The notes below the pieces were generated by a model. It saw only the letters and a list, made by a program, of their open reading frames with translations. It made no database searches and was not told the origin of the DNA. DNA of 64,000 nt from Lytechinus pictus (lineage: Eukaryota). The position numbers and the translations under genes are program-made. Shown here in pieces: positions 39,040-53,143 of the stretch (its first letter is position 1; every line of letters begins with the position of its first letter). The stretch lies in NCBI RefSeq assembly GCF_037042905.1, contig NC_087251.1:43278001-43342000 (forward strand), read 5' to 3'.

Positions 39040-40733
39040 ATATGCTCTCAGCTATCAATGGGGATTTAGCCTTCATTGCTGTAGATAATCCTTATAATAT
39101 TATTTGTTTAGATTTATAATACCAGCATCATCCAATCTGAGATCCATTCAGGGATACAACTGGGTGAACTCGAAGGCACTAGGACACTGTACTGGCATTG
39201 ACTGTAATGCCCTTTTAGCACTGGCGTGATGTCTACATGAGGGCATCAAGATCAAGGCTTTCTTGACATCAAGGTATCACACAGCTATAAAGTGTAAAAG
39301 ACCTCATCTTATTATGGTTCTACAAAGTGCATCTTAAGAAGTCGTAGATAAATAGACATTTTGTATCATAACTAACGAGGGATTTTTTTTACTGAATTAC
39401 AAGACATTTAGGCTTAACCAGTCACAATGGTGATAGATACCGACTCCATACCGACAAAAGCTACAACATTCTTTCCAGTTACATAACCATCGGTCAGTTT
39501 GGAATCAAGTTTGTTGGTGTAACCGAAACATTGTTGAAATGCAGCACTGTACTCGACAGAAAAGCAATGGAGTATTCATTCAAAGACCATTAGAAGTCCT
39601 TCCTTTCTGTATGATATGATGAAAAACTTGTACACATTTCACATTTGTAGCTAAATTCATGTTTCCTTTCATCTGTTTCATCCCATTAATTTAATACGAT
39701 TTTAGACGATCACTGATAAAACCAACACACTAATCCCTCCAATGCAAGGTACATTAACTGTTTATAAAAACACCAGTTCAGTGGTAGGTATTATGCATAA
39801 CCACATCATTACTGAGATTTACACAATCACCATAAGCTTGTGGATTTTGTGGTGATTTTGTCCTTTTTGCAAGAAATCATCTCAAAGGCATGAATTCCAA
39901 AGTTCATCAAATGAGTCATATTTTAGTTTGAATCATGAAAAATAGAAAGACTATCGGCATTGCCTCATTCTTCATTGCATTGCGGTTAGAAGACTTATGG
40001 AAGCATTTTGAATTGACGTCAAGCATTATTTATCATAGCAGTGTTTAAACCTTTCATTTCTTTTAGGAAAAAGTTGCACAACAGCACAATCATTAAAATC
40101 AGAAGAACTTTTGTTCATAGATGCATCCTTTATTTGAATTTCAATGATTTAAGAATTAACAGTCTCACTGCTGCCATTATAAAACTCTACAAAGTAATGA
40201 CTTCTGCTTTCTTTATTTGAGTCTGTTTTCTGAATCATGACAGCTCACATGACAGCCTACAGTCCCTGATTGTAAAACATAAATGAATATCAATTCCTTT
40301 TAATGCTCAAACTTTTGTTAAAAATCTATATTCCTTTTCGCTTGGTGAACAAACATTGCACAGGAAATGGTATTTCTTTATTTAAAATATTGATCAGAGG
40401 GAAAAGATGTGAAATTAAGATTGCTTTAATCTGTGATTCACACTTCCATGTTATTTAAGCAAGACGGGACCCGAAGAATCAAACACAATGTATAACAAAA
40501 AACAAACTGCACTCTTTTATCAGATTTTCTTCCCATCTAAAGTCTATTAGCAATTCAAATAGGATAATTTTGAATGTCAGAGCAGGTAGAGAGCCTTTCG
40601 TACTTTGAAACAGTTTTTTGACTTTGCATGTACATTTACAGTGTAATTCACTTCTTTCTCTCTCTCTCATTCTTTTTACTCCATTCCCGCCCCTCCCCAT
40701 CAAAAGTTCATTCTTCCCTGCTTTTAACATCAG

Positions 40734-40850
40734 GGGCCCGTAGCACAAAGCTTAGCAATGATCGTAGGCACATTTTTCTACGATTGATTCCATTGACTAC
40801 AACGTGCAATCAAGCGTACGATTAATCGCTAACCTTTGTGTTACTGGCCC
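40734..40850. mobile_element. MITE family C abutting a family D fragment
   Basis: CAG|GGGCCCGTAGCACAAAGCTTAGC ... GCTAACCTTTGTGTTACTGGCCC|CTG, followed immediately by D-like sequence (TCAGCGATTTTCATTGACAATC..CTGATTGGC). Confidence 0.85.
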
Positions 40851-41594
40851 CTGGGGATTCTTCCACGAAAGGCATGTATATAGTCAGCGATTTTCATTGA
40901 CAATCGTTATAAGCAACTGAAATGCTTGGTTCTGATTGGCTTATGAAAAAAATCAGAACAATTGCCTTCACTTTCAATCCCTCCCAGTGTCTCTACCCAC
41001 TATTTGCTTTGAATGAACCAATCAACATTTAGTAAAGAGGCATGATAGCTCTCCAGTATAATTCTTGATATTTTTTATCATTTTTAACCATTCTAAAATC
41101 ATATATATGTGAAGAAGTCACAATACTCAGTAGTGTACAAGATGAGATTTTTTTTTTTTTAATATGCACACAAGACAAGCATGATATTCCCACCTTAGGT
41201 AATAATATGCATTCACGTATGCATCCATTTATCAAGAAATTTTGCCTCCCCCAGTCACTATCAATGTCCTTAGGAGGGATGTCTAGACAAGCCCTTTGTT
41301 CTAGTTGAAATATGAGACATTACATGGTGGGGGCAGGTGAAAGCATTGTCGCTCAAAGCTTCGTTGATATCGTATTCAGCAAATATAACATCCAAACTAT
41401 GTATCAATTTGAACATTTTTCTTCATACGTTTAGGGCCTACATAATTTTGTTGCTATTAGATTTATCAATAGAAAAGAAAGAAAGGCAACTTGGGAGCCT
41501 TAAATGTTCTGTCTGCCATTTCATATACAACAAGCTTAAGTTGAAGTAACTAAGGGACAGGGAGGGGGTATTCATAATGAATTGGTTCTTTTGC

Positions 41595-42225
41595 TATCTT
41601 ATGCTGAAGTGAGACGCATCACTACACACAATAAGAACTTCCCTGAAATTTGAAATAATGCAGGGAGCATCTACTTTTAGTTCTTTTTGGTTTATGCTGC
41701 TCAAGGTGCCATAATGTTATGAAGTGATGGGGGCATTTTTTATTTCGATCTGTTTACAGTCTTATGCTGAAGTGAAATGATGTATTATGATGCCTACGGG
41801 ACGGGAGGGGAGGGAGGAGGGTTGATATCATTTTATTCTTTTATGTTTGCCGTCTTATCGTATAAGAATCTTGGGAAGGGGTGAGGGGTAAACTTTCTTT
41901 TTCCATTTACTCTCTTATGCTGAAGAGAAATGATGTATGATGCCAAGGAGAGGGACAGTACATGTTTTATTCTGTTCTGTTTGTTATCTTCTCCTTCATA
42001 AGAAGCTCGGGAAGGGGCGAGACGAAAGCTTTTCTTTATTTCATTTTGTTTACTGTTTTAAGCCGAAGCTAAATGATGTATACGATGCCAAAGAGAGGGG
42101 ATGGTACATATTCTGTTCTGTTTGCAATCTTCTCTTTCATAAGAAGCTGGGGGGAGGGGGTGAGGGGTAAGCTTCTCTTTATTCTGTTCTGTTTACTGTC
42201 TTACGCTGAAGTGAGATGATGCGTT
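41595..42225. repeat. Diverged tandem array, period about 150 bp
   Basis: TCTTATGCTGAAGTGA(A/G)ATGATG-like anchor at about 41597, 41760, 41912, 42056 and 42198; shared TAAGAAGCT.GGG..GGGG.GAG blocks. Confidence 0.75.
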
Positions 42226-44192
42226 GTAGAGAGAGTCCCCGATGGCTGGCTTGACACCAGGCATCCCCGGAATCCTCGGGCCCAATCTACAGGGAGAAGG
42301 ATGAAAGGAACATCTGGCTTGGGGATGACATCTGATGATTTACAGACTGACGGGAGGAGGGGAGGGCTAGGTACGGGGAGGGGGTCAAAAGCGCACCCTT
42401 TACCATCACATTCTCTCTCCCTGCTGCCTCAGCCAATCTATGTTAACCCAATGGCGACATGAATCTGAAGGCTCTCACATAAGTCTACTGGAAAGAGAAA
42501 ATTTGGTAGTCAGTGGTTTAATTTAAATTTGACAAGAAAGCAATCTTTGAATGGTGATAATGTTCAGTCTGGACACAGATTAAGTTAATGAAGTTGGCCG
42601 GGATGGTAATAGAGTTAATCACTTTCATCGCTTAGTGGACTGGTTGATATCAGACTTATTAGCTAACCTGAAAGAAAAGACTTCTTTCTTCATATATTAA
42701 GCTATAGATATACTATTTCATCTTTTTATTCCACAAGCATGAAAAAAATTGCCTACGTGGAGAATCTACAATACTAATGAAAAGTTTCTAGTATCTATTT
42801 CATCATTTCCCAATGGGAACATGCAAACGATAACATCAGTTGTATTTTTGAATACATAGCACTATTTCTCATTTTTAAAAGAGAGGTCTAACGTTATAAA
42901 TCCATATGTTAGAATTACTTTTTATAAAGACTATTCTATCAGCGATGATCGAATAGTGCATAATCATCTTTTTCCAAACAAAAAATGAATATTTCTGCTT
43001 TTAAATTAATCAGCAACCATCATACAAACCAACCATGAGAGGCATTGCTACTGAAATTTGAGCAAGAAATAACAACATACAACTACATGCTTTAAACATT
43101 TTAACTTCCAAGTAACATAATTGAATTGAAAGTGAAAGCAATCATTTCTAAATTGAGGGTATTGGTTCCACATGTTTTCTATTATCCAACAAGACTCAGA
43201 GTACACATGATAGATGGTAAACGCAGGATCATCGAACAGATTTATGCCAGGGCAGGAAATTTTCAAATCTAAACAATCTAGCCTTAAAAAAGGGAGTTAC
43301 AAGCTTGGGACAGGGAACACAATTCTATTAACTTGTCAACTGACCTCCGCCACTCTAAATATTGATATCTCGATTACATTTAGGGGGGCATCTGGATATG
43401 TCTTTGTTTCAAGTTCAAGTCTGAGCGCTCTTCTTCATTAAATTAAAACTCCATTTCATGGTAAATTTACACCACCCCACCGGGGAGTTGAAGACCGCAG
43501 ACAAATATATGACCAGCCTTTGGATGGCTGTCCCCGTACGCTCCCTGAATCCGAAATGGCCATCATTCCTCCAGTCATTCATCTCCGGAGATGTCACAGT
43601 GACGGCTCTCAATGAAATGCCATTGTCCGCCCCTGGATGATCTCCCCGGCTGATGCTGAGGTTTCTCTTAATAGGCGAAACAGAATCTTAGGAAAAGGAC
43701 TTTTAATCTTCATTTACTATTCACATGATTCAGCAGGTAATTGAGGGAGGCTATGATATGAGCATAGCACAAATGTAAGCTCCTAACTCTTCACACGCCA
43801 TGTTGTCAATTGGCACCAAATAATACACATAAATCCCACAGAGCTCCGTTTCGATCGGCATGTTAAGACTTAATCTTAAGAATTTGGAAATAACCATTGG
43901 TGACATATTCATTAAAAGCAACATATTTAAGTTTCTTTTTGGTGAGTGTGAAGAATCTGAAACCATTAAAATTTGTGCCACCCTGACAAACGTAATCTGT
44001 ACATCATTACATGTACAAAAATACATGAAATGATAACAGTAATAACTCTTTTTAGTAATGCAGGGCTGCCTCTTCAGCTATTAGCTACAACATAATATTT
44101 GCCCTTTTTCATTCTAACATGCTGAGCACCGAGAAGGAGGTACAAGAAGATCAGAATTTAAATAAAGTGGTATGGCTAAATCAGATATTGAA

Positions 44193-44673
44193 CCCAGTTA
44201 AAGTAAAACGGGGGGAGAATACCAGTTAAAGTGAAACGGGGGGATACCAGTTAAAGTGAAACGGGGGGAAGGATACCGGTTAAACGGGGGGATACTAGTT
44301 AAAGTGAAACGGGGGGATACCAGTTAAAGTGAAACGGGGGGGGGGGAGAATACCAGTTAAAGTGAAACGGGGGGAAGGATACCAGTTAAAGTGAAACGGG
44401 GGAAGGATACCAGTTAAAGTGAAACGGGAGGAGAATACCAGTTAAAGTGAAACGGGGGATACCAGTTAAAGTGAAACGGGGGGATACTAGTTAAAGTGAA
44501 ACGGGGGGAGAATACCAGTTAAAGTGAAAAGGGGGGATACTAGTTAAAGTGAAACGGGGGGATACCAGTTAAAGTGAAACGGGGGGGGGGGGAGAATACC
44601 ATTTAAAGTGAAACAGGGGGATACCAGTTAAAGTGAAACGGGGGAGGATACCAGTTAAAATGAAACATGGGGG
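44193..44673 (+). repeat. Minisatellite, about 18 copies of CCAGTTAAAGTGAAAC-Gn-(AGA/AAGG)ATA
   Basis: Counted by eye; constant 16-nt core with a variable G-run and short tail variants. Confidence 0.97.
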
Positions 44674-47600
44674 AACCGGCACATATAGAAGGCAGAGAGT
44701 TTTGATGATAGTGCATTCAGATGCAATGTTTATAAATACCAAGGAGGTTCCAACACATACACACACCATGGCATGAAGTACAAGTAAATTGCTACCATAA
44801 ACAGGATAACTGATAAACGAGATAAGGCCGTTGGATTTGACGACACACCGAATACACCGCCACATCCAGTGAGTCACGACAAGAAATATTGCACTTTTTA
44901 GTCCCACCTATCCAATCACTCAGAGTGCAATATTCTTGTTTATTGGCAATTCATTCCAATTCAAATCTATAGGGTTAGTTCAGATTCCATCAGTCAATCC
45001 TGCAGTTGTTTGCCACTTTATTGAAAAGTACATGAATTACACTCTAATAGTACCATGACATATAGACAGATGAAGGGAAAGGCACAGGCAAGAAGGGAAT
45101 TCCAAAGTACAAATGTCTATTCATTGTTGGTAATGGATCCATTAACACTTTACAATGCTAAGGGTGCAGGTATGTTGTTTTGACATCATCCAGATGACAA
45201 AAGGCTATTAAGCACTTAATGCTATATGATCGACAGTCATTATGCTTTCTAATGGGAATATCTTAACTTCTTATGCATTCAATCACATCCCTTGAGATAA
45301 CAGCCCATTCCATTATTCAACACCAAAAGTTAATATACAATCCTAAGGGTTGCCTGATTGTTATTCCATTCTTCTGAGGAAAATGAAAGAAATCTTAGAA
45401 GCATGCTCATTTGACACCATTCAATTAATTCATTTATGACCCAAGGGATGTATCCAGGAGTATTATGCATAATATCATTTGAATCCTTTGCTATCTTCTT
45501 AAGATGTTAAAGTAGTTGACGTGTAATCATATAATTGCATTCACTCATTGTCTTCAATTAAGTCATTAAAATCATTCCTAAAGATGAATATTTGTTTCAT
45601 TCCTAAACCAGTTTTCTCTAAGCCTTGGTATTCTTCATTTTTAGATATATCATTAATTGTGACATTTGTAATTCAATATTTATTATTTTAATAAACTATG
45701 CCAAAAATATCTATTATTGATCAATATGCACAAAACATGAACAGCTAGCACGAACTCTTCATGTTGATGGGTTTCTTAAATTGCAATGACACCTCAAGAA
45801 TAATTCAAAAACAAAAATACATTCAGAACATTCTTAACATGAAAGGTAAAGAGTACTTTTCATCATTCTTTTGAGGGCACTCATCTGTTGATAAAATAAT
45901 TTTTTACCTATTTTTATGTCATGCTGATGATAAAAGGTAATTGGCATGTCAGACCTAAAATATTTGAAATTCTTCAATTTCTCAATGGGCAGGTGCATGC
46001 AGGAAGTAAATTTTCAAAAAAAAAATTAGTTGTTTGGACCAAGACATCATGCATATGTTGCTTCACAGACAGCATCTATCTAAATATTTTCAAAATGTGA
46101 ACTTCTGTTCCCAAATGCAAGTTCGATGGAATTGACTGGCACAAACAAACCCAGTCGCCGATATCTGAAATTGACTCTGGCATACAGATGTGTCGTTGTA
46201 TCAGAAGCATCTGCGATGCATTTATCACAAAGCCGCTACAAATATGAGACAAATAGAGCGGTGAAGCTGTCCTCACCGCAGACTGACTCTCTAGGCACGG
46301 ATTAACCTTTGACCCTCGAATATAAATCCACCCTAATCCCCTGATGAAATTTGCAGTGACCGCCAGGTAATCGGAATAAGTCTCCATTGGTCGGGAGTAC
46401 TATGGTCAATCATGACTGAGTGTGTATCATTTAAAATGTTCACATTGTTTATGCTTATAAACTATGATGAATTTTCTATTTTTTATCAGGTAATTTTATC
46501 GATATTATTGCATTTATACCTGTGGATGTAACTTTTTAAACAGAATAGAATAAAATCAAATTAGAATTAATTGATAATTGAATTACAGAAGCTTGTTGAC
46601 AAGATTCTTATACCTACAGCAGTTTAGGCCTATGTGAATATAAGAAAATTATTCCGAACCCAACTGTTTTAAAATATGTCACCCAAAGTCAAAGAACAGA
46701 TCACCAGACAGAAGATTTCCTCTTTGATTTGTTCAAGATTATGTGGGATTCTTTTTCAAACGACAACCAAAGTGGCGCTGTCCTGTTTCTGCAATTGCTC
46801 TATTTTCTTTGGGATAGACTAGTATAAAGCAGGCTTGTTCTTCAAACAACCATCAAGATCTAGTAGTAGTCCAGTGGAACAGCCTTAGGATGGAGACAGA
46901 CCTACTAAACCTGGATAAGATGGGGATCCCAGGACAAGACTGACCCATTCTTCATGGACTGAATTCATTGAATGTTTGTTAAATCCTACTTCCAGTCCTC
47001 TCTGATCTCTCTCAAGATCCCGGGATGAGCCCATGGATGAGTCCGTCCCAACGTCAAGTCCATCAGCCGTCAATAGCTTGAGACACACACAACAGATATC
47101 TGTGTTTATTTCGAAGGTAGCATTCATCTTGTGACTAAACTTTGCAAAGGCAGGTTGAAAAAAATCATACAGATCAGGGGAAATTACACTGGGGCGATTT
47201 CCCCCCTAATATGCTCAAAAGAGGCATGGAAAACACCAAAATACCCCCAAAGTTCCCCATTGGTTACAATAATCAAGCTTATCCAATGTTGCAGATTTTT
47301 TTAGTAAGTTGTGAAAAGTAGTTAGTTCCCCCCCCCAAAAAAAAAAAAAAAATGCCTGAATTATGTTGTGATGACTTATCCTGATCACAGTCCAGATTAT
47401 CTCATGATCTATTCATTACTTTGAAAAGTCAGGTTCGTATCATCTCACTAGTATATTCCATTTCTGTGTTCATGTCATTGATTTTGTTTGATTTATCATA
47501 GAAATTGGTAAAACTGCCTAAATTACAAAATGGACATAACAGTAATATGAATTAATGGGGCATATGACCTAAGCAATATATTTCACATGCGAGTGTAAAA

Positions 47601-47941
47601 TGAATCCAAATCCCGGCAAGCATTCGCATGTTTATTTGAATTCTTGCTTCATCAAATAATTCATGGGATGAGGTTTCCTGATTTGTGCCTTGGCATACCA
47701 AAGCAAGAAGACTGGTTGCAAGGCTTGATGCATGGCAAACCTGCACCTACCTGAATAATGTATTCTTCTTTCTAAGAAAGCCATGCATCTTGCTAACACA
47801 TTCTACAACATGCACCCCTTTCATTGCTGAGGGTACAGATGCTATCATCACCCTCCATCTATCAGTTATTCAAAGCACCAGCATCAAACCGCAATCAGTG
47901 CGAAGTTCCATCCCCCTCCCCCTCTTTTGACGACGACTCCC

Positions 47942-48355
47942 ATAGCTGGATGAATGGGTGTTCTATAAGGGTGCAAGGTATAAATTAGCAGTCTTTGTCT
48001 CGTCCTTTTATCATCCTACATTTATAAGAGAAGACACCTTCCCAACCTCAAGACATTACCGAATCGCAAGACATTACCGAATCTCATCACATTGTCCTGA
48101 TGGAACTTATCACCACCCCTCCCAATACCTCCCACCAGCTCCCCCCCCCCCCCCTTGACAACTACAATAGCTGGATGATTGGTGTTCTATAATGTGTGCG
48201 AGGTATAAATTAGCAGTCTTTTGCTTGTCATTTAATCATCTAAAAAATAAGTGGAGACACCACTCTATCCTGGAGTCATTACCAAATCTCTTCACATTAT
48301 CCTGATGGAGCTATCCCCACCCCCTCCGGACACCTCCACCGGTCTCCTTCCCCCC
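47942..48355. repeat. Diverged tandem duplication, period about 225 bp
   Basis: ATAGCTGGATGA.TGG(G)TGTTCTATAA..GGTATAAATTAGCAGTCTTT..TCACATT.TCCTGATGGA at about 47942 and 48167. Confidence 0.85.
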
Positions 48356-48867
48356 TCCTTTGTTCTCCAAGGGGCCCTGGGCTCTGGCTCATCTATACAA
48401 GAGGAGATACTGTTTATACAGCTGTAGATAGCTCATAAATCAATTATCACATTAGTAAAGTAATCTATGCATGCAGAATGGCTCTTGGGATGTGGGATAG
48501 CATCTTTCAATGTTTCCGTCGATCCATCCATCTATCCATTCACCGCAGACCCATAGTACTCTCACATTGTATCCTGCTCATAAACATGAAACCATATTCT
48601 CTCACAATTTTCTAATGTCTCTCGGGTCTTTCACACCCTGGATCCATTCATTGACTTTGATAAAGAGGATGTTTATTTAAAACTTATGGAATATTGATAG
48701 AAATGTCATTTGCCAAATATTTGGACTTATACATTGATGTAGAGGATATTTTTTTTATAATTGTGTATCGTAATGTAAAATCCTATTCGCTGTACAGGGT
48801 ACCAACTTCTCTTCTTAATTTCTACTTGTAGATAATAACAAATTGTACAGCAGTATTTCTTTGATGG

Positions 48868-49392
<525 letters not shown>

Positions 49393-50448
49393 AGATGTAT
49401 ATTAAGTGCTCTTCATATATTATGAAGCTCGCCTGCTAGCTTGCAAGATCTCACCTCCCTGATTGGACACAGAGGTAGATAGAATATGATAACGACAAAA
49501 TGTAACATACTTCTACTGTTGGCTCATGGAGGTAAAAAGCGCTCTCCATGGTCGACTGTGGAACATTTGTTACCTCATAAGGTAATATGTCCTGTTCCCC
49601 TTACATCTCACCTTTGGCAGATGTATAAAATAATCAGTCTGACAGTTTTCTACATCTGCTCTGCAAATGTTCACATTGTCTTCAATTTTTTCTGCACATA
49701 GAGCTCCCAGGCAGGGTAAAATTAATGGATAAATGGGTGCAACACATGTAGAATCAATTTGACGCAAACTATTGTCAGTCTTTCCTAATCATTGTCATCT
49801 GAATGTGCTGCTGTAAATGACAGAAGAGAAAGGGAGAAAGGAGAGCTTCCGAGCTTTCCATTTTTCCAGATGGGACAATTTGAGTTAATCAACATTGAGG
49901 GAATTAAGCTGGAGTGATGTGCAGATGTGACATTAGGCTGAGGGGGAATTAATCTTCATAGAACTTACTTGCTCCTCGAAGGGGCAACATTAAAACGTGA
50001 TTAAGAGGAAATGAAAAGGTGATTAATTTTCTGTTGACAGCTATCGTCTCTTTTAAGACTGCAAGTCTCGAGTAGGAATATCAACACATATAACCATGGC
50101 TAAACAGTTGCCACTGAGGTGCTAAACCCATCTCATATTGTCTGTGTTTCAGCTTGGAGTCAGACTGGGTGTTGAGTTAATTTAACTCTCTTAACTCCAT
50201 CAAAAACATTTATTAAAATGCGCAACAACTCATTTCAGGTTTTGTCTGTTTTACCCGTTCGATTGGGTTGATCACAGCAAAACACATGACCAAACTGACT
50301 GAAAATAACTCAACATTTGAATTTAGCATTTATTGAATTCTAAAGAATCTTTATTTTTTATTCACATCTTTTTAATTTTATTTGAATTTACATAGTTGAA
50401 TTTCACTAATTTCTCACTTTCATTTTTCCTACCTCCCTCTTTTCTTAA

Positions 50449-50835
50449 AGCTAAATGACAGTAGTTGCAGTAAGATACTGATTTCGTGAGAAAGTCTGTA
50501 AAACCAATGTTAAGTATTACTATATCATCGCAGATCTAGATCTGGTACAGTTACATAAACTGAACTTTGTGAAATCATAATATCTAAGCTAAAAAACGAT
50601 CACACTGAAGATCGCCAACACAGACGTGGGACAGTGTATTATTATTGCTGGAATAAAGACCCGACGGAAGTGACAGAATCCGCGCTTATTTTGCTTATTT
50701 CTCAGCAATTACACAATTTCTTCCAGAATCCTTTGGCACATATTTTTTATTCATACAAACAGACACTTTGGTGATCATTATATTAAATTCTGTAAAATGT
50801 CATTTTGAGATTGTCCCCACAACTGGAATTTATCT
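50449..50835 (-). mobile_element. Kolobok-like element, inverted copy of 14697-15089
   Basis: TTAA|AGCTAAATGACAGTAGTTGCAG ... AACTGGAATTTATCT|TTAA; the interior is the reverse complement of 14697-15089. Confidence 0.88.
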
Positions 50836-53057
50836 TTAATATAGCTTGTCACGATTTCCAAGCATTTCACACGCACTTAACATTTCCAATACATTTTTCC
50901 CCCTGCATTATTCTCTTTATAATTTCACCTCATATGAGAATCATAGAACACTCATACCACGACCCCATCCATTTCACTCCCTCTCGACCCAATACAACCA
51001 TATATGCATCCAATTCAACCCTGAAATTAGCAAACACTATCTTCCTGCTCCTCCGATCATTTCCCTCGACCCCATTCATAAAGTTTTAATAGGGAGAAGT
51101 TCTCCGTTAATCATACCCTTTCTATATCATTCATTCCATCAGCACACATGGGTAAAAAGTGCATTAATGTGACTAATTGTGTACTCTGGCACCTACCTGC
51201 GTCTCGTCGATTCCTACCAGGAACAAATGTCATTTTATCTCATAACCTATAGCGACCAGGGCTTATTTGCACGCTCAATATTTGCTTCCAACACAATATG
51301 CTGATGGCAATAATTATATCAGTCTTCTTTCCATTTTTTTAACCTTTTTACCAGGAATGACTTGCCACGCCAGAGGTAGCCTACAGCCTACATACATGTA
51401 TGTGATTAAATCCCTTGTTCGATTATATGGGAACTGAGCACCTGGGTTTACTTTTCAATAAATTTGAATCAAGCATTTTTGTGCAAGAAATAGTAATGAG
51501 TACAGGTGATATCAATATTTAAATATATAGCCTAATCTAATTAGTATATTGCATTTCTATCATGTCTATGTTTGGTCAGATTCATACTTTCATTGCTAGT
51601 AGAAAATGTCGCTCCATTTTTTTGTTCCTTATATTTCAGAAGTTGACAAAAAAATCAAGAAACTTGTTTTTAAATAAATCGAGAGACCTGCAGGCACCAT
51701 GAGTGAGGGTTTAAAAGTTGATTAATTCAGGTTCCAACGTCAAAATATGATAAATCTCCAACATCCATGTGGTATTTCAAACAGGATAGATACTGAATGG
51801 GATGAAAATATGACAAGGGTTCTGGATAGACATGCAGGTCTGCGCTCACTTTGAAACACTGTTCTAAATTCCAGAGGACATACTAATCGCATCAGCAGCA
51901 GTGCATGGAAACATTGATCTGATTATGTATTGCATCAACATCGTATGTGTTTTGAGATAGCTTAAGGTTATACTCAACATTATCTCATCACGGTTTGGAA
52001 CTTTGGATGGTGCTGAATAGTTGGATCCTCTTTGCTATCAACTATGAAAACACTTTAATAAATACCCGGAAAGTAATTGAAATAGGGGAGGTACAAGTGC
52101 AAATAAAGGACACTCGAATTTGTGTTTTCAATCAAGTCATTACACAAATGGAACAGATCACCAGTAATTGCCTTCAATTATTGTTAATTATATTCTTATG
52201 AGAACAGTACCCCCAATTTAGGTAGAGAATATATAAAGCCAACAATAACAACATCAAATCCTCATCTATTCACCCTATTACAGTAATCGTTGACACCCCT
52301 TTAGACAAATTAACTACTTATCCATGTTCAAACATAACATGTACAATCCAATGGTGACAATTATCTCTGTAATAAACAAATAAAACATTTCCTTTACATT
52401 GCTAATTGCCTTGTATACACCCATCCTACACCCATTCCATGTGATGACACACAGCATAAGTAACCTAATATTCTCCTCACCGAACCCCGGGAGAAAGTAA
52501 GATTTTCATGGTTAGAAATCGGACCTCCTAGTCGGATCATCCTATTATCTCTCTTCCACAAACTGATTTAAAGAGTTAAATACTTTTAAGAGTCAGTCAA
52601 CTGAAATCTTATACAGGTTTATAAAGGTAATTAAAACCATTTGCACTTTCAAGTTTCAGTTTCTTTCCTATTTTTTTTTTGTTCTTGTTTTTTTTAAATA
52701 GCTGAATACTGTCTCAACATTCGCAATTTAAAATATGAGTTATATTATTTCATATTCCTCATTTTAATTTTTTTTTCTCCAAGGTATGCATGTACATGAG
52801 CTTGAGACACACAACAAAATTCAATCTACCATGAATCTACTATAACATCAGCTGTATTGTGATAGATGCAAGTTTAATTGTTTGGACAATATTTTCGAAG
52901 TCTTAATGTTGTAAGTGAATGTAAAAGAGGTATCTGAAATATGCAAAATAACACTTTAAAAATTTTCAGTCAATGATGTACAAATGGAATTTCCACATGA
53001 AAGAAGTTCTAGGAAGTTAGAAATTAATAATTCATAGGGTAACATAAAGCTACAATT

Positions 53058-53143
53058 GGGCTCATTGATCATAAACAATAACCAATGCAATAATCATAGA
53101 AATCAACCCCACGATACTAAGCTTTATGTTTGTTACTGGGCCC
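53058..53143. mobile_element. MITE family C remnant
   Basis: CAATGCAATAATCATAGAAATCAACCC..CTAAGCTTTATGTTTGTTACTGGGCCC matches the family C right half. Confidence 0.55.

Noticed and set aside
44193..44673. CRISPR-like repeat array
   Set aside because: Intervening sequences are G-runs, not unique spacers; there are no cas genes and the context is eukaryotic.
47016..47116. Possible + strand exon (SRDEPMDESVPTSSPSAVNSLRHTQQISVFISK)
   Set aside because: The acceptor is plausible but the donor (AAG|GTAGCA) is weak; no recognisable homology or partner exons.
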